A DNA stretch of 64,000 nt from Syncephalis fuscata S228. Lineage: Eukaryota > Fungi > Zoopagomycota. The stretch lies in contig JAHLTZ010000019.1 in the NCBI GenBank assembly GCA_025786725.1, positions 124,001 through 188,000 of the forward strand, written 5' to 3'. Position numbers and translations under genes: made by a program. Positions 1 to 14,189 of this stretch are shown piece after piece (position 1 is the first letter of the stretch; each line of letters begins with the position of its first letter). A model generated the notes under the pieces. The model saw only the letters and a program-made list of their open reading frames with translations, ran no database searches and was not told the DNA's origin.

Positions 1-1439
1 ATGAAGGTCAACGTAGCTATATTGTAAGCTATATGCAATTTAATGGATCACAACATAAAGATCTCTATAAAGAAATCGAAGTGGCCAGTGTAGATGCCTT
101 CCAAGGTCGTGAAAAGGACTATATCATTCTTAGTTGTGTTCGTAGTAATGAACACCAAGGCATTGGTTTTCTTACTGATCCACGTCGATTAAATGTGGCT
201 CTTACCCGGGCCAGATTTGGTTTGGCCATTTAGGTAATCCCAAAGTATTAAGCAAGGTAAATAGAAATAGAATAACAAACAACCACTCTCTAATAATAAT
301 AATAACCACTACAATAATGATAGCATCCATTATGGCATCATTTATTGACCCATTTCAAGGATAAAGATTGCTTAGTTGAAGGACCACTTAGTCATCTTAA
401 ACCAAGTATGATTCAATTTAGTCGTCCTCGTAAAGCATGGACAATGCAAGATAAATTCCAACATGGTATTGTTCATCAAGTAGATGCCCGTGAAGCACTA
501 GGACGTGCACCCATGATGGCCAATGAATGTAAGTCTTTATAAATATAACTAATATAACTAATATAATAACATATATATACATATATATTGTATAGATCGA
601 CGTGATTTACCAACTAGATCAGGCACTTCTCGTGACTATGCCCGTACACACGATGCTGTGGGATATATATCTTCAGATGCATCAGGTAATCCATTACCAC
701 CACAAGCTCAATTCTCTATTCCATTACTGCCTACACCATCGGGTCCATTCTCACAAGATTGACACAACGTCGTCCATTCCCTAATAATAATAATAATAAT
801 TTGGATACAGCATCTAATTCTATTAATGGTAACAACAATAATGGTTATACGAGTGATACACGATCATTTGCCGATAGTTATGCCGCTTCTCTTTATTCAC
901 AAGATTTAAGTAATTATCCATCGACATCTACCATAAACACTTATCAACAACAACAAACATCGATGGCTTATCATCCTAATTCAATGGGATTATCTCAATC
1001 AGATAGATTACGTATGTCATCACATCAACCACCTTCATCATCATCACATCAACTACCACCACCACCATCCATCATCATCATCATTACCACCACCCTCATT
1101 ACAATCATCATCTAATATGATATCAATGCACTCTATAGGATTAAATAATAGTCATATCAATCAACATTTAGGATCAACTAGTGGTAATATACCACCATTA
1201 ACTACATCACAACAACAACAACACATCTTAATAATGGATTAACCGCTAGATCAGCTGCGGTATTTCTTAATGATTACAAATCACAAGCCGGTGATGATCT
1301 AAGTAGTTTAGCAGCTGAATCACTTGATTATAGATCACAAGCAGGATCTATTGATACACGATCACAATTGGGTAGTTCATTTGATACACGATCACAAACC
1401 GGATCTGATGTGTACAGTCAAGGATGTACTCGTTTCTAG
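1..1439 (+). CDS. UPF1: UPF1/NAM7 nonsense-mediated decay helicase, 3' part (spliced, starts before the window)
   Basis: SF1 helicase motifs [47 protein letters not shown], then LGNPKVLSK|[22 protein letters not shown], typical of UPF1. SQ-rich tail ends at TAG 1437-1439. One T is apparently missing at 229-231. Confidence 0.95.
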
Positions 1440-1927
1440 TCTATATTAATTATTACGGTTGTTATTATTGCTGTTATATTACTGTTACTGTTACTATTTA
1501 TTATTATCGATGGTCATGACCATAATAATGATGACGACTATTAGTCATTACTATCATTATTAACTAGTCAATTGAATTGCTGTCCATAAGCAAACCAACG
1601 AATGATAAATGAAAGAACGAACGATAAGTAAATCAGCAAGTAAGAGGATGTTTAAAGACGTGATACGCGTGTCTATTCCCAAGTTGTTTTCTCTAAACTC
1701 TTATGGTCTGTAGAATGTATTAATATACACGCCAATGAAACAACAATAATAATGGAGATGATGATGATGATGATGATGATGATGACAAGTTATATAAATA
1801 CAAATGTGACACAAAAAACAATGACACTAGAAAACAATTAAATGAATGAATATTATTGAATCATATCAATAAACACTAGTCCTCATCATTACTACTAATT
1901 AATTAATATATTAATCAAAAGTGTTTA

Positions 1928-3411
1928 TTAATCATCGGTTACCATTCCTTCAGTATCCTCTTCAAATGATGCCATACTATTATCTTCTACTAATGGATCC
2001 ATATGAGTAGACATTTCATCTGAATCGGATGTATTCAACTGACCTGATACTATTGAAGTTGAACGAACAAGTATCATTGCTTCATTATGTTCATCGTCTT
2101 CCTCCTCTTCCTCTTCCTCTCCTCTTCTTCATCGGCATCATCTTCATCATTATCCATCATTATACTATCTTCTTGTTCATCATGATCATCATCATCATCA
2201 TCAGATAATACAATAGGGGTTATTTGTGATGGTAAAGATGTATAAAATCATCTAATGTTTGTGTTAACACTGGTGAAGATGCTTCTTCTATTTCTTGATC
2301 AAATAGATCTGTATTATGTAATGATAGATTTGTATTATCATTGATATAGATAGCTGTTGTATTCTCTTCTTCTTCTTCTTCCTCTTCTCTCTTCCTCTTC
2401 TTCCTCTTCCTCCTCTTCTTCTTTTCCTTCTTCTCTTTGATCAATAGGTAGTATAATGCCAGTTAAACGAATAATCTCATTATAGAATCGTGTAAATGCT
2501 TCATCTCCTATCAGTTGTTCCAACTGTAGATTCTCTGATCTATAATCGGCAATAAGTGCATCAATTTGGTCATTATCGCACCGGTAAATCTTAATTCCAT
2601 ATCAATTTTAGAGGTGGACCAGTACATTTCATGTGGTAATAACAAATAAGATGTAGTATGATCTATTATATATATATATATACAACAGTTAATATAATAA
2701 TAACATGTATAAAATGAATCTATATTACCAAAAGCCCCTGAACCTTGTGCAAATCTTAATACATGATACAATGCTGTTTTAGACAGTTGGACCATTAATT
2801 CTTCATCAGACCATCGAACCATTTCTCGTTTCATTTTTGTCCAACTATTATTTATAATTAGTAAATAATACATAATAATTAAAAGTGACTTACTTGTCTT
2901 TTAATAGGATACGACGCCATAACGTACGTAGTGCAGCATTTAATCGAGTCTCTGTCAATTGGTGTGCATTCTAATTAATTGTATTCATATAGTCATGGCT
3001 TATGGTCATCTAATCTAACTTACACAGGTAAAATGGTCAAGGCTCGTCCCATATCTTCAAGTTCATATTCACTTGATGCTTGTTTCAATGATATATATTC
3101 GACAAAGTCATCAATATCCAATGGTTCTCCTAGTAATAGATGACTAATCCATTTCTCCATCCACTATATTATCAATGTAATTAATATATACTTAATATGT
3201 GGTTATTATTAGGTTATTATATAACTTACGGTTGCAAAACGAGATGTACAGAATTTAGAATCTGCTTGTTTCTCTCGAATAAGAGTTGCTTTATTGGATA
3301 GTGCCATTTGACGGGTTGATGTTACTTGACTTGTATTCTCCACAACAGTTCAAGACATAACGATTGTAATCTCTCTTGCATTTCAACTCGATCCAATTGT
3401 TCATCAAATTC

Positions 3412-3444
<33 letters not shown>

Positions 3445-6400
3445 CGGTTATCTATTAATAATTAACTACTTACTGGCAATCTCTACTTGTACTTGGGGCT
3501 CATCAAGTTGGAATGTTGTTAATGATGCCATATAGGATAATTTACCAATACTAAGCATAATCTATTGCTATTTTGTTAGAACATTAAATGATATTACTAT
3601 TTTATTAACTACCTTTTGCCAATTAACACTTGTAGCATGTCCTGTTGATTGAATTAGTTTTTTTGATGCTTCATTAAATAGTCGTAGTCGTAAATCATGG
3701 ATCCAGGCCAAATCATCATATTGATATTGATCCAAGAATCGTTTTAACATGGCATTATATTGATCTGGCATTTCCAGTAACAATCGACGGTTATCTAAAT
3801 ATATAAATATAAATATGAATATAAATATAAATATATATATATGAATATAATGAGTTATAGTATTAACTGCTATTAATTTATATGTTAATACGTTAATACT
3901 TACGTGTTTCAATGTAATAAGTAAATAGGGCAAATCCAAAATCATCTCCATAAATGGATAAGTAATGTGGTATACGTCCTTTAATAACATCATCTCTTTC
4001 TTGGTAGGTAAATAGTAGTTTGATCAATAATTTGAAATTACGATACTGTTCAGCAATATGAATTGCTTGATCCAATTGTCCAAATGTTACTATAGATTTA
4101 AATAGTTGGTTATTATTAGTAATAATATCAATATAAATAATATGCATGATTACCTAAAGGTTTAATAATACGTAATTGTAGTTCCTTGTATCGTAATTCT
4201 AGCTTCTCTTTATCTTGATCATCAGTTGATCTATATATTCATTTAATTCATTATACTAATAATGTATACATATTAATATCTACTCTACCTTGATGATAAC
4301 CATGTTAATCGATCAGTAAATGTACGGAATAGCATATTTGACAATAGACATAATTGATAAAGTAGAGTTGAAGCCATCGAGACCGGTGTATCCAATGCTG
4401 TATTGATACCTATTGGTATTAATGCATCCTTTTTATCAGTATCCATCATTTCTTCAATATTAAGTGTCTGATTAAGTACAGCATCTTGTCCCATGCCATT
4501 TAAACATTCAATAATTGTTTCACATTGGGTTTGAATTAGACTAATACGATCTTCAGTTTCTAATAATAATAGATTTATTAGTATTTATTAGTATATGTAT
4601 ATGTATATGTATATAATAATACTCACCTGTCCATGAAGGTAGTGGTGGTAGTGTATCATTTAAACCATAGATAGAACCCATTTCTTTACGATAAGTGTAA
4701 CTAGCTTGTATTACCAACTAGATAACAATTGATTAATATTAATTAATATTGATTAATAGACTTATTACCTGAATCATACGATCAACTTGAATGACACAGT
4801 GGTAATAATCAGTTGAATGAGGTGATAGCTTTTCATTTTGTTTCATTAATTGTTGTTGTCGTTGTACATGATACAAAAGTCTATCAAGATGTACCAACTA
4901 TACAAGTAATTAACATTGTTATTATTACTATCATCATTTATTAATAATTAACTACTTACATGATGTTGGAAGAAGGTCTAACTGGATCCATTCTATTCTT
5001 AATGGCCTTGGTCATAATATTTAATTCTTTTCCTAACGATATAATTGCTTCTAGTAAAATTGAATTTGATTTCTTTGATGTAGACCGACTATTATATAAA
5101 TGTAAATAAATAAATAATACGTATAAATGGTTTGTGGTTATTAATTACCTTAGTTGTTGGTTATAATAATGCCATAAGTCAATGGCTGATGATAATTTTT
5201 CGGCTGACCAACATAATTTATATCGAGTAAGTAGTTCCAACTATTATCCTATTAATAAATACGCTCAATATATTTATTTATATCTATTTACCTTATTTTG
5301 TAGACCACTACTGTTCATAAAGTGCATAATACTAGTGGTGCATTCAAGTCGTTCGGCCAATTGTTGTCGCATATCCAAAGATGTATTTACATATTTTGAA
5401 GCTATATATTAACATATATTAACATATATTAATACATATATTAATATATATATTAACATATATATATCATCATACTTACCAGAAGTCAAAATCTCTTCAT
5501 TTACATCAAGTACAGCCATATCCAAATTGCCTTTAACTTTATCAGATAAAATAAATGATAATGGATTCTTATTCATTATTATAACAAAATTAACATGGTT
5601 AATATATAGATATATAGGTAGAGATATAAATGTAATTATTCAATAATATAGCTTACTTGATTAAAAGCACCAAAAAAGATCGCTTGTTCAATACGTGACT
5701 TTAAATGAAGTGTTTCTAATACTTGTTCATTTGGCATAAATAAACTTGTATTCAATCTAAATATAAATAGGTTATTATAGAGTATATATAGTATATATAG
5801 ATAATAATAATAATAATAATAACTTACCGACTTGCTCCTAAATGAGCTTCCTTTTGTATCCTAGCAGTATCCACTTGTACTAATAATAGACCAGTCGATG
5901 CACACACCATAACCATTTGACTCGATACACCATTTCGATTTACATTATTATCTCGTTCACTTTTACGCCATTCTCGTTGACATCCAGCACCTAATATACG
6001 GTCTTGATGTGTATGTTTTAGTGAAATTGCCTCTTGGAAACTAGATCCTATATAATAATCATTAATACCATTGTCAATAACTCTAATACTAATTAAACAA
6101 ACCAGGTAATAAAGAAGCAATGACGAGTGCATCTGGAAAGACGATATACACAGCTGTTCTATTACCTGATGGTAATAATAGTTGTGGACGTGTATTAGGT
6201 CGTGGATCATCATACTATCAATATAAATACAAATATACTATTAATATAGTCACAGTTATTAATCTAATATAATTACCGCAGTATAGTTGAGATCAATTCG
6301 ATCAATTAAAAACAATTCTTCACTACCTGATCCACTTTGTGTATCAAATATAGCAATACAGAATGATCGAGTAGGTGCCACCGTATTTATATTTCTATTA

Positions 6401-8238
6401 GATTGTTGTTGTTGATGTACCGATTGACGATACGATACAAGTACCGCTACTGATCCATCTATAGCATATTGAGCATCTAGTAGACGTACATGTAGATCAT
6501 CAGGATGATTCATTCCTGAATCTTGATCCGAGAATATATGATCGCGTACTCGTTCATAGATATCTTGTTCATGTACAAACTAATTACGTAATTAATCAAT
6601 AAAATCAATGTATTACCAACCACTACTAGTTACTAGTAATTTACCTTTTCCGGTCTTTGTTGATACAATTGCCACTTCTGCAAAGATGTAGCCGATAAGA
6701 ATATCATATAACTAATAGATTATTAATATAAACACCGTGCTATATCGACTATTATAATTACATACCGTACACCATGTTTATCATCTCGAGCACCTGGTGT
6801 AATAACTGACACTGGACTCAACGCCAATTCATGCGTCATTTCAAAGCTTCCCGTAACCATATCTTTAATACGACGACTCATTCGAGCCAACATATTCATA
6901 GATCGAGATAATGGTGCAAATGAGAGTGCCACCTTACCCGATGCATTCCATAATGATAGTTAAATAGATCACCTTGAGCTGTAGATACAACAAATCCACT
7001 TGGCTATAAAACGATGTTACTAATACTATAATTGCTATACTACTACTACTACTACTAACTTACTCTACAGGATTGCATATCTACTACCCAGTCACTATTA
7101 CTTAAGTGCATTCGAAGTTGTTGATTTCTATCTACACCTGCAATACCATAACTGACACGTTCCCAATATCTTACATGTCCATAAGCAGAACAGCACAATA
7201 GACCAGGTTCTCTATGCGTTCCATTGGGCACAAAGCATACAACAGGCAATCGTGTAGACATGACCATCTTCTTTGTATTAATATCCGGTAATGCTTCATC
7301 TAATCCTTCTTCATCTTTATCTTCGTCTTCTTCGATATCTTCTTCGTAGTCTAATGTTTCAATTGCCGTATCATTATATAAACCACGAGTACTGTTGCTA
7401 GTCTCTGATTGACCCGTAGGTAATGTAAATCCAATACATGTAGGTGTACCACTTCCTGTCTATAATATATATATATATATATATATATAACTAAATACAA
7501 ATTACTATTCATTACTATAACAACATACCTGTCTAAATGACCAAACATAACATTGTCTTAAGGCTACTAGGGCTGCATATTCACTTTGACTATCGATAAT
7601 TACACGGAAACTATCACTGTTCAAATCTAGATATACGTCAATATAACATGAATTAATAAATACTAACTAGTAAACTCACCGGAAACACTTAGAAATTCTT
7701 TCACTTTTAATGGAAGTGGTCCCAATACAGAAATTGAACATTGATCACTTTTTAACAAATATTGTTGTAACTTTTCTTCAACTGATAATGAAATATCTTC
7801 AATGTCATCACCATCTTGTAAATGTTGATATGCTTTCATATCAGCACTGGACATGGACATTGGCATATCAATATGACTAGGTGATAGTGGTCGTGAAAGA
7901 CTTGACGTTATAGTAGTAGTACTGAACGCGGTATTTGACGGATAATGACGTGTTTGCACAGAGGATGCCAGTGACGGTGTAGTCATTTCCGGTGACGATG
8001 ACCTTGCTTGTTCTTCAAGTGACGGCATTGATGAATCTAGCGTTGTTTGATCGGTCATCGTACTGGCGGTGGTTAAATCAACTAGAACGCGTTTGGTTCG
8101 GTGACGCGTTGGTGATCTTAACGAAGCAGCCGCGTCATCGTCACCGTCTGAAGAACCAGGAAGACTACCAGTACGCGCTACTGATCGTGAACGAGTCACT
8201 CGACGCGTAGTCGACTTTGGTGCCGTGGTCGTAAACAT
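1928..8238 (-). CDS. NUP133: Nucleoporin Nup133 (multi-exon)
   Basis: Disordered N-terminus, then a propeller with REPGLLCCSAYGHVRYWERVSYG. Helical C-terminal region with AIHIAEQYRNFKLL and DDLAWIHDLRL, then an acidic tail ending MVTDD*. Many short GT-AG introns. Confidence 0.85.
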
Positions 8239-8491
8239 GGCTCGTAGTCAAATATAAATATATATAGATATAGATATAGATAGATATAGTTAACTGACGA
8301 GTGAAAGAAAGAAAAAGACAATAAAATAATAACCATAACAATAACAAAATGTAATTAATCCACATTTACTAATGTTTTTATTATTATTTAATCATTATTC
8401 AATCATTATTATTTCCATCTTTATACAACTAACTTAAAACACTATTTCTACTCCTACTCCTACTACTTCTACTTTTACTACTACTATTATC

Positions 8492-9723
8492 ATGCGTATA
8501 GGTAAATAAAACTATTAATATACTGCTATTAAATACTTATTTATTTAATAGTCTCTTGTCAATTCAATCCTTTATTTAAAGAAGATGAGCGTAATAGGAA
8601 TTATGCTACACAGTTACTATCAAAGTAAATAATCTTTATTAAATACAATATATATATATTGATAAACTAAAATAGTTTAAAGCCTGGCGATGTTGATATA
8701 TTGTTATTACCAGAAATGGCATTCACTGGTAATTTAAACATATAAACAATATATATATATATATATATACCTGACAAGTCAATAGGTTATATGTTTAAAG
8801 ACCGAGAAGAGATAGAACCATGGACAGAAGATGCCATGACTGGTCCTACAGTTATTTGGGCTCAATCACAAGGTAACTATATATATATATATATTAATAA
8901 TTACAAATAATAGTAATATGACAATATAGCTCGTCGATTACAGTGTTTTGTTCTGGTTGGTTATCCAGAACGGGTTAGTGTTCCTTCAGGTCCGCCTATA
9001 TTTTATAATAGTGCGTGTATTGTGGATCGTAGTGGTCAACTTATTTCAACTTATCGTAAAGCCTACTTATACACTACTGATCTGTCCTGGTCCAGTTGGA
9101 GTGATACTGGCTTCTCTACCGTCTATTTAGATGGTATTGGCGAGGTAATAATAAAGAATAGATGATTACTATTAAAAATCAAGTATTAATATATAGTTAT
9201 TATTATTATTATAGGTGGGCATTGGTATTTGTATGGATGTTAATTATGATCTACGATTGAATAACTATATGGACTGTCCATTTGCTCAATATTTTAAAAA
9301 AAAACAAGTTAAACTTGTACTTGCCCTAATGAACTGGCTTGCCTCTGATAGTGTCATAGATGACACTAGTACAGATAATAGGACAGATAGTGATACGGCA
9401 CCTGATAGAGATACTCCAGACATTACTAATATCAACTATTGGTGTAGTCGACTCTATCCATTGATTAAATCGACAAAAGATACACTTAATAATACTGCCC
9501 GTTCAATCTATTTCATTAGTTCTAATCGTACGGGTACTGAACGAGGTAATGATATAGCAATACTTGATCTATATTATTAATTAACTTATTATTATAATTG
9601 ATAGATACAACATTTTGTGGTACTAGTACGGGTTTATTGTTTAAAGATGGTCAAGCCCATTTACTAGGCTGTTTAAATCAAAGTGAAGAAGGATTATTAA
9701 ATGTAGATGTAGAATTACAATGA
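8492..9723 (+). CDS. NTA1: Protein N-terminal amidase (carbon-nitrogen hydrolase family)
   Basis: Spliced exons give LLPEMAFTGYMF, VGYPE, YNSACIV, YRKAYLY, GIGICMDVN and NRTGTE...TTFCGTS. This is the Glu-Lys-Cys triad in an Nta1-type context. Confidence 0.88.
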
Positions 9724-9732
9724 TATAAATGA

Positions 9733-11946
9733 CTAGGTTCGAACAGCTGTTCCATACTGTTCTCGTAGTGTCTCTGAGGATCGACATTCACGGGCTTGTT
9801 CTTGATCGACATACCATACGCGTATTGTGCCGTCATCTGAACAGCTGACCAGCTATAGTAATATATACGCGAATTAGTAAATAAATTGGTTATAAGTACA
9901 AATAGATGGTTATTTCACTTACTTCATGTGGGTTCCGATGAGACCAATTGACTCGGCTCACTTCTCCGGTATGCCCTCGCAGTTTAATTGGTTCTTGGCG
10001 CTTGCTTGGCGTGTCCATTTCCCAGATATATGCATATTCATTGGTAGAACCGCTTATTAGAAATCGATTATCAGGAGATACTGCTGTACCAACATAAAAG
10101 TTGGAGCAGCGATAGTCGTCGGAAGTATATGTGGCACGAGATCGTCCAAGAGTACGTGCATCATATTCATAGATGCTAACAAAAATGTTAATACATTAAT
10201 TGATATATATATAATATAATATATATATAATATAATAATAGCTTACGTGTTATCAGTGCAGGTAGCAAATAAACGTGTTCCACTATTATCCAACACTAGA
10301 GATGAAATGCCTATAGTTCACCAATGGTTAATGTTAGCCGTAATGTTAAATAAAATAATGGCTTACCATGAGGACGTTTGGCGACACCTGAATACTCAGA
10401 TTTGGATACTGGTGTTGGAATATCTCGATTGGAATAAGAGCCATGATGTCGGACATCCCAGTATTTAATAAGACCATCACTGGCACCGGCTGAGGCCAGT
10501 AAATGATCATGGTGTTTTAGAAATACAACTGAACTAACACTTTTGTGTAAATCCTACATTTACTATTAATATAAATATATTTAATTGAAACAATTAACAT
10601 ACCGTAAGAGTACGACGACGTTTACGACCACCAGCTACCTCGGATACACGTGCGTTCGCATTAGCAATTCTATTGGCCGGTCGGTGATGACAAACTATTA
10701 CATGTTAATAAATTGTTATATTATATGGCAAATAGCCTATATGCATATATATATATACTTACATTCATCGTCAGAAGCCACTGCCATACATCGCATATCC
10801 CATAGTAATACATTTCCATCTCGACCAGATGTAGCAAATATACCTATACATAAACAATTATTTGCTTATTCACTCTATTATCTAGTATAACATACTTGGT
10901 TCGGTAGGATGAAATACCACGCTTTTAACAGTGCCTTTGTGTCCATCAAATATGCCTAATAGTCGATTTGTTTCTACATCCCATAGCTTAACCAATTGGT
11001 CGCCAGCTCCAGTGGCCTATGCATATATGCATATATTATAGTAAGCAATTGTGTATATACAAATAGTAATAATTAGCAAAGATATAAGTGCTTACAATGC
11101 ATGTATCATCCCAGCTCCATTGAAAATTAAAAATGGAGTTTTTATGAGCATCCCATTGCTTGACTCGACTCTCTAATAGACAATGTTAGTTTATGTTTAG
11201 TATGTAAAAACATACATACCTGATTCGCGAAGTGTATAACGAGTATCTAATAAAGTGATATGTCCACTCTCATCGGATACAGCCAATAGTTTGCCATTGC
11301 GGGCATCTGGTAAAATATAATTAGAACAATAAACAAAATAGTATCATATCCATACTTACTATGTGAATAAGCCGCGTATAACGGCAGCATATTGTTGCTT
11401 TGTTCATCAAGAAATACAGCAGCATGATCTACGCTGCTGACAAAGTCATTAGCGTAGGCATTGGCTATTCGGGCTAAAATATTATATTGTTTTTGATTAA
11501 ATTAAATACTATAAACTCAATCCAGCCACTAGACACCAGAACTTACTAAAACGATGTGCTAAATCTGCATACGGCAAACTGAACATTTCTCGACGCATTA
11601 ACGACCGAGACAGCTTATATGGATAGGCAGTCTTGGCCAACCAACGACAGTAGTTGTTTACAGGTTGCTTCTGTTTAGTAGTTAAGTTTATGTTTTCTTC
11701 ATGTAGTATAGCTGTATCACCCTTTTCTGGGTCATTTTCCTTGTTGTCTACTGATTTGCAAGTAAGCGGTTTTACTTCCTTGGCAATACTGATTTGATGA
11801 TTTGGCAATGAACCAGTATTGTCGGGATCACCAATAGCACACAAGACACCGCGAGTACTCCCGCGATAGTTGCAACGCGTAGGTGTTGCCAAACTATTGG
11901 CTATGTTGCGAGATCGCAATATGCGATCGCGTATTGGTGTATCCAT
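9733..11946 (-). CDS. CDT2: Cdt2/Denticleless WD40 substrate receptor of CRL4
   Basis: Exons give AHKNSIFNFQWSWDD, ATGAGDQLVKLWDVET, GHKGTVKSVVFHP, FATSGRDGNVLLWDMR, LASAGASDGLIKYWDVR, SNFYVGTAVSPD and SCSDDGTIRVW. Confidence 0.88.
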
Positions 11947-12205
11947 AGCTATTATAGCATAAACACCGGAGTTGAAGCAATTGAAAAGATATAGTTGAGT
12001 ATATCAATAGTAGTGGTAGTGGTAGTAGTGGTAGTAGTAGCAACGAATAACAGACACAGTCTTTCAAATACTGTTTTACTGTTATAAACAAGGTTAGATA
12101 ACAACAAATTGCAATAACAGCACAATAATAAGAGAAAAAATAAAGAAAAGTGCCAGTCGTTAATATCAAAATCAAAACACAATAGAAACTTTTTGACTGA
12201 ATGTG

Positions 12206-12222
12206 ACGCGTACATGACGCGT
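12206..12222. promoter_or_regulatory. Tandem MCB (MluI cell-cycle box) elements upstream of CDT2
   Basis: ACGCGT at 12206-12211 and 12217-12222, about 260 bp upstream of the CDT2 ATG. Confidence 0.65.
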
Positions 12223-12967
12223 ATTATTGATTTGCAGGAGTTTCATTTTATTTACAATAAACATTTAGTAAATTGGCTGATGTGAATTGTAGACTGTAAT
12301 TTTAAATTGAAGTAATTATTAATATTAAATGCGGTATGTAATCATTTGACAATAAATACATTTAGCAAGCACAAAATAGTCAATCTTGCGTTGCTAATTA
12401 CTAATAACCTGTATGGACTGTGGATTGCTTATACAGACCATCGATTCCTTAATGCTTTTATTACATCATATACAGTATGCTCGTTGAGTATTATGACAGT
12501 ATTTGAAATGTATTACACGTATCTATTATATTACAATAAACTAGATTGCTTTTAAACAATTATTATTAGACTGTAGTTTTAGATTATAAATATCAAAGCC
12601 TGTTGTTGTAATTGCACACCTTCGTTATCTCGGCAATTCAGAACTAAAAGCAAAGCCGATTGGCAATAAACTGCCGTTTTTATTGGTGACAGTAAGGCTT
12701 GGTACTGCACGACGACACCCAAAGTACCAATGAAATAGCGAATATTTATCTAGATGTTGGTTACACTCAAAATTATGGGGAGCTAAATAATACACATGCC
12801 AGCTATGATTTGAGGGTACTACTTAGTACTAGTGTGATTAAACCAATTAATTCTATAATTAGTTCCATACGTGCATGCTTGAACATATGGCGGGAATATA
12901 AACGCCGTCGAGATACACGCAAAAGTGCAAAGGTAATTTATTGCTCCACCATAACTATCTCTTCACC

Positions 12968-13882
12968 ATGCTTGTCCATTCATTAATAGTATCTCTTGTT
13001 GTAGTGGGACATCAAACTGCATCGGCTTTTGCCAAAAATATTGATGCTCATTCCATCAATCGTTTATTTGTTTTTGGAAATAGTGTGTCCGACAATGGCA
13101 ATGTTTTCAAACTAACTAAAGGAAAAGCTCCTAATCCCGATATGTACTTTAAAGGACGTTATAGTAACGGTCCAGTATGGTCGGAAAAGTTATCGGCTCG
13201 TCTAAGAGTTCCAATGGCCAACTATGCCTTTGGTGGTGCAACAACCGACAATGCTTTGGTGCCAGGCTATTCCAGTGAAGCAAAAATAGTGGTGCCAAGT
13301 GTTAAAGAACAGATCCAGTTTTACATCAAGCAGAAGAACTTATATAGCGAGCCGGTTCTTCGCTCGTTGTACGCCATTGAAATCGCCAACAACGATTATA
13401 TCAACATGGCCGGCCCTAATGTTGCTGCCAACACTACTTTGATCAACGGCGCTGTCAATAATATTATTAAAACCATCGACACTTTACGCTCGGACGTCGG
13501 TGCCCGCATGTTCCTCGTATTTGGCGTTGCTGCCCTAGAGTCCACGCCATACTTTTTAGCTCAACCGGCCGAGGTTCAAAAGGCCGCTTCTGATGTTAGT
13601 CAAGCTCACAATAAACAGCTTCGGTCCAAGATATCAGAGTACCAGAAACAGTATCCTAATATCGAGATATACTATTTTGGTTTCAGGGATTATATGCTCA
13701 AAGCGATCTCAAACAAGAAGAAGTATGGCTTGAACAACGTTAACACTCCGTGCCTTAGTTCCGATGGAAAGTCTCGCTGCTCCACTCCTGACAAGTATTT
13801 CTACTGGGACTTTTTCCATCCAACAACCGCCACTCATAGATTACTGATGGAGGATGTGCTCAAATCAAGCCATACCCTCTAA
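12968..13882 (+). CDS. Secreted GDSL/SGNH lipase/acylhydrolase, intronless
   Basis: Signal-peptide-like N-terminus. Block I FVFGNSVSDNGN, GRYSNGPVW, NYAFGGA, block III ANNDY, block V YFYWDFFHPT. Confidence 0.92.
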   Translation: MLVHSLIVSLVVVGHQTASAFAKNIDAHSINRLFVFGNSVSDNGNVFKLTKGKAPNPDMYFKGRYSNGPVWSEKLSARLRVPMANYAFGGATTDNALVPGYSSEAKIVVPSVKEQIQFYIKQKNLYSEPVLRSLYAIEIANNDYINMAGPNVAANTTLINGAVNNIIKTIDTLRSDVGARMFLVFGVAALESTPYFLAQPAEVQKAASDVSQAHNKQLRSKISEYQKQYPNIEIYYFGFRDYMLKAISNKKKYGLNNVNTPCLSSDGKSRCSTPDKYFYWDFFHPTTATHRLLMEDVLKSSHTL

Positions 13883-14189
13883 AAGGATGATGATTTGACT
13901 GTATATAGCCAGTCCAAATACCTTAATTATAGATAAATCGACTACAGTGTTAATAAAGTACATTTATCTTTTTTAACTTCGTTATAATTAAATGGCACTA
14001 CGTGTTTTATGCAAATTAAACCAATCGCCTTCTATAGCTCTGTAAAGTAATTGTCATACTAACACACTAACAACAAATACTAAATAAAACGTAATTTAAT
14101 GAACTTAATGGCTAATGTTTTACTTGAAAATGAAATAGTATAAGCAATTTACTTGTCCAAACGAACGATACAATTTGCACAATGCGACA

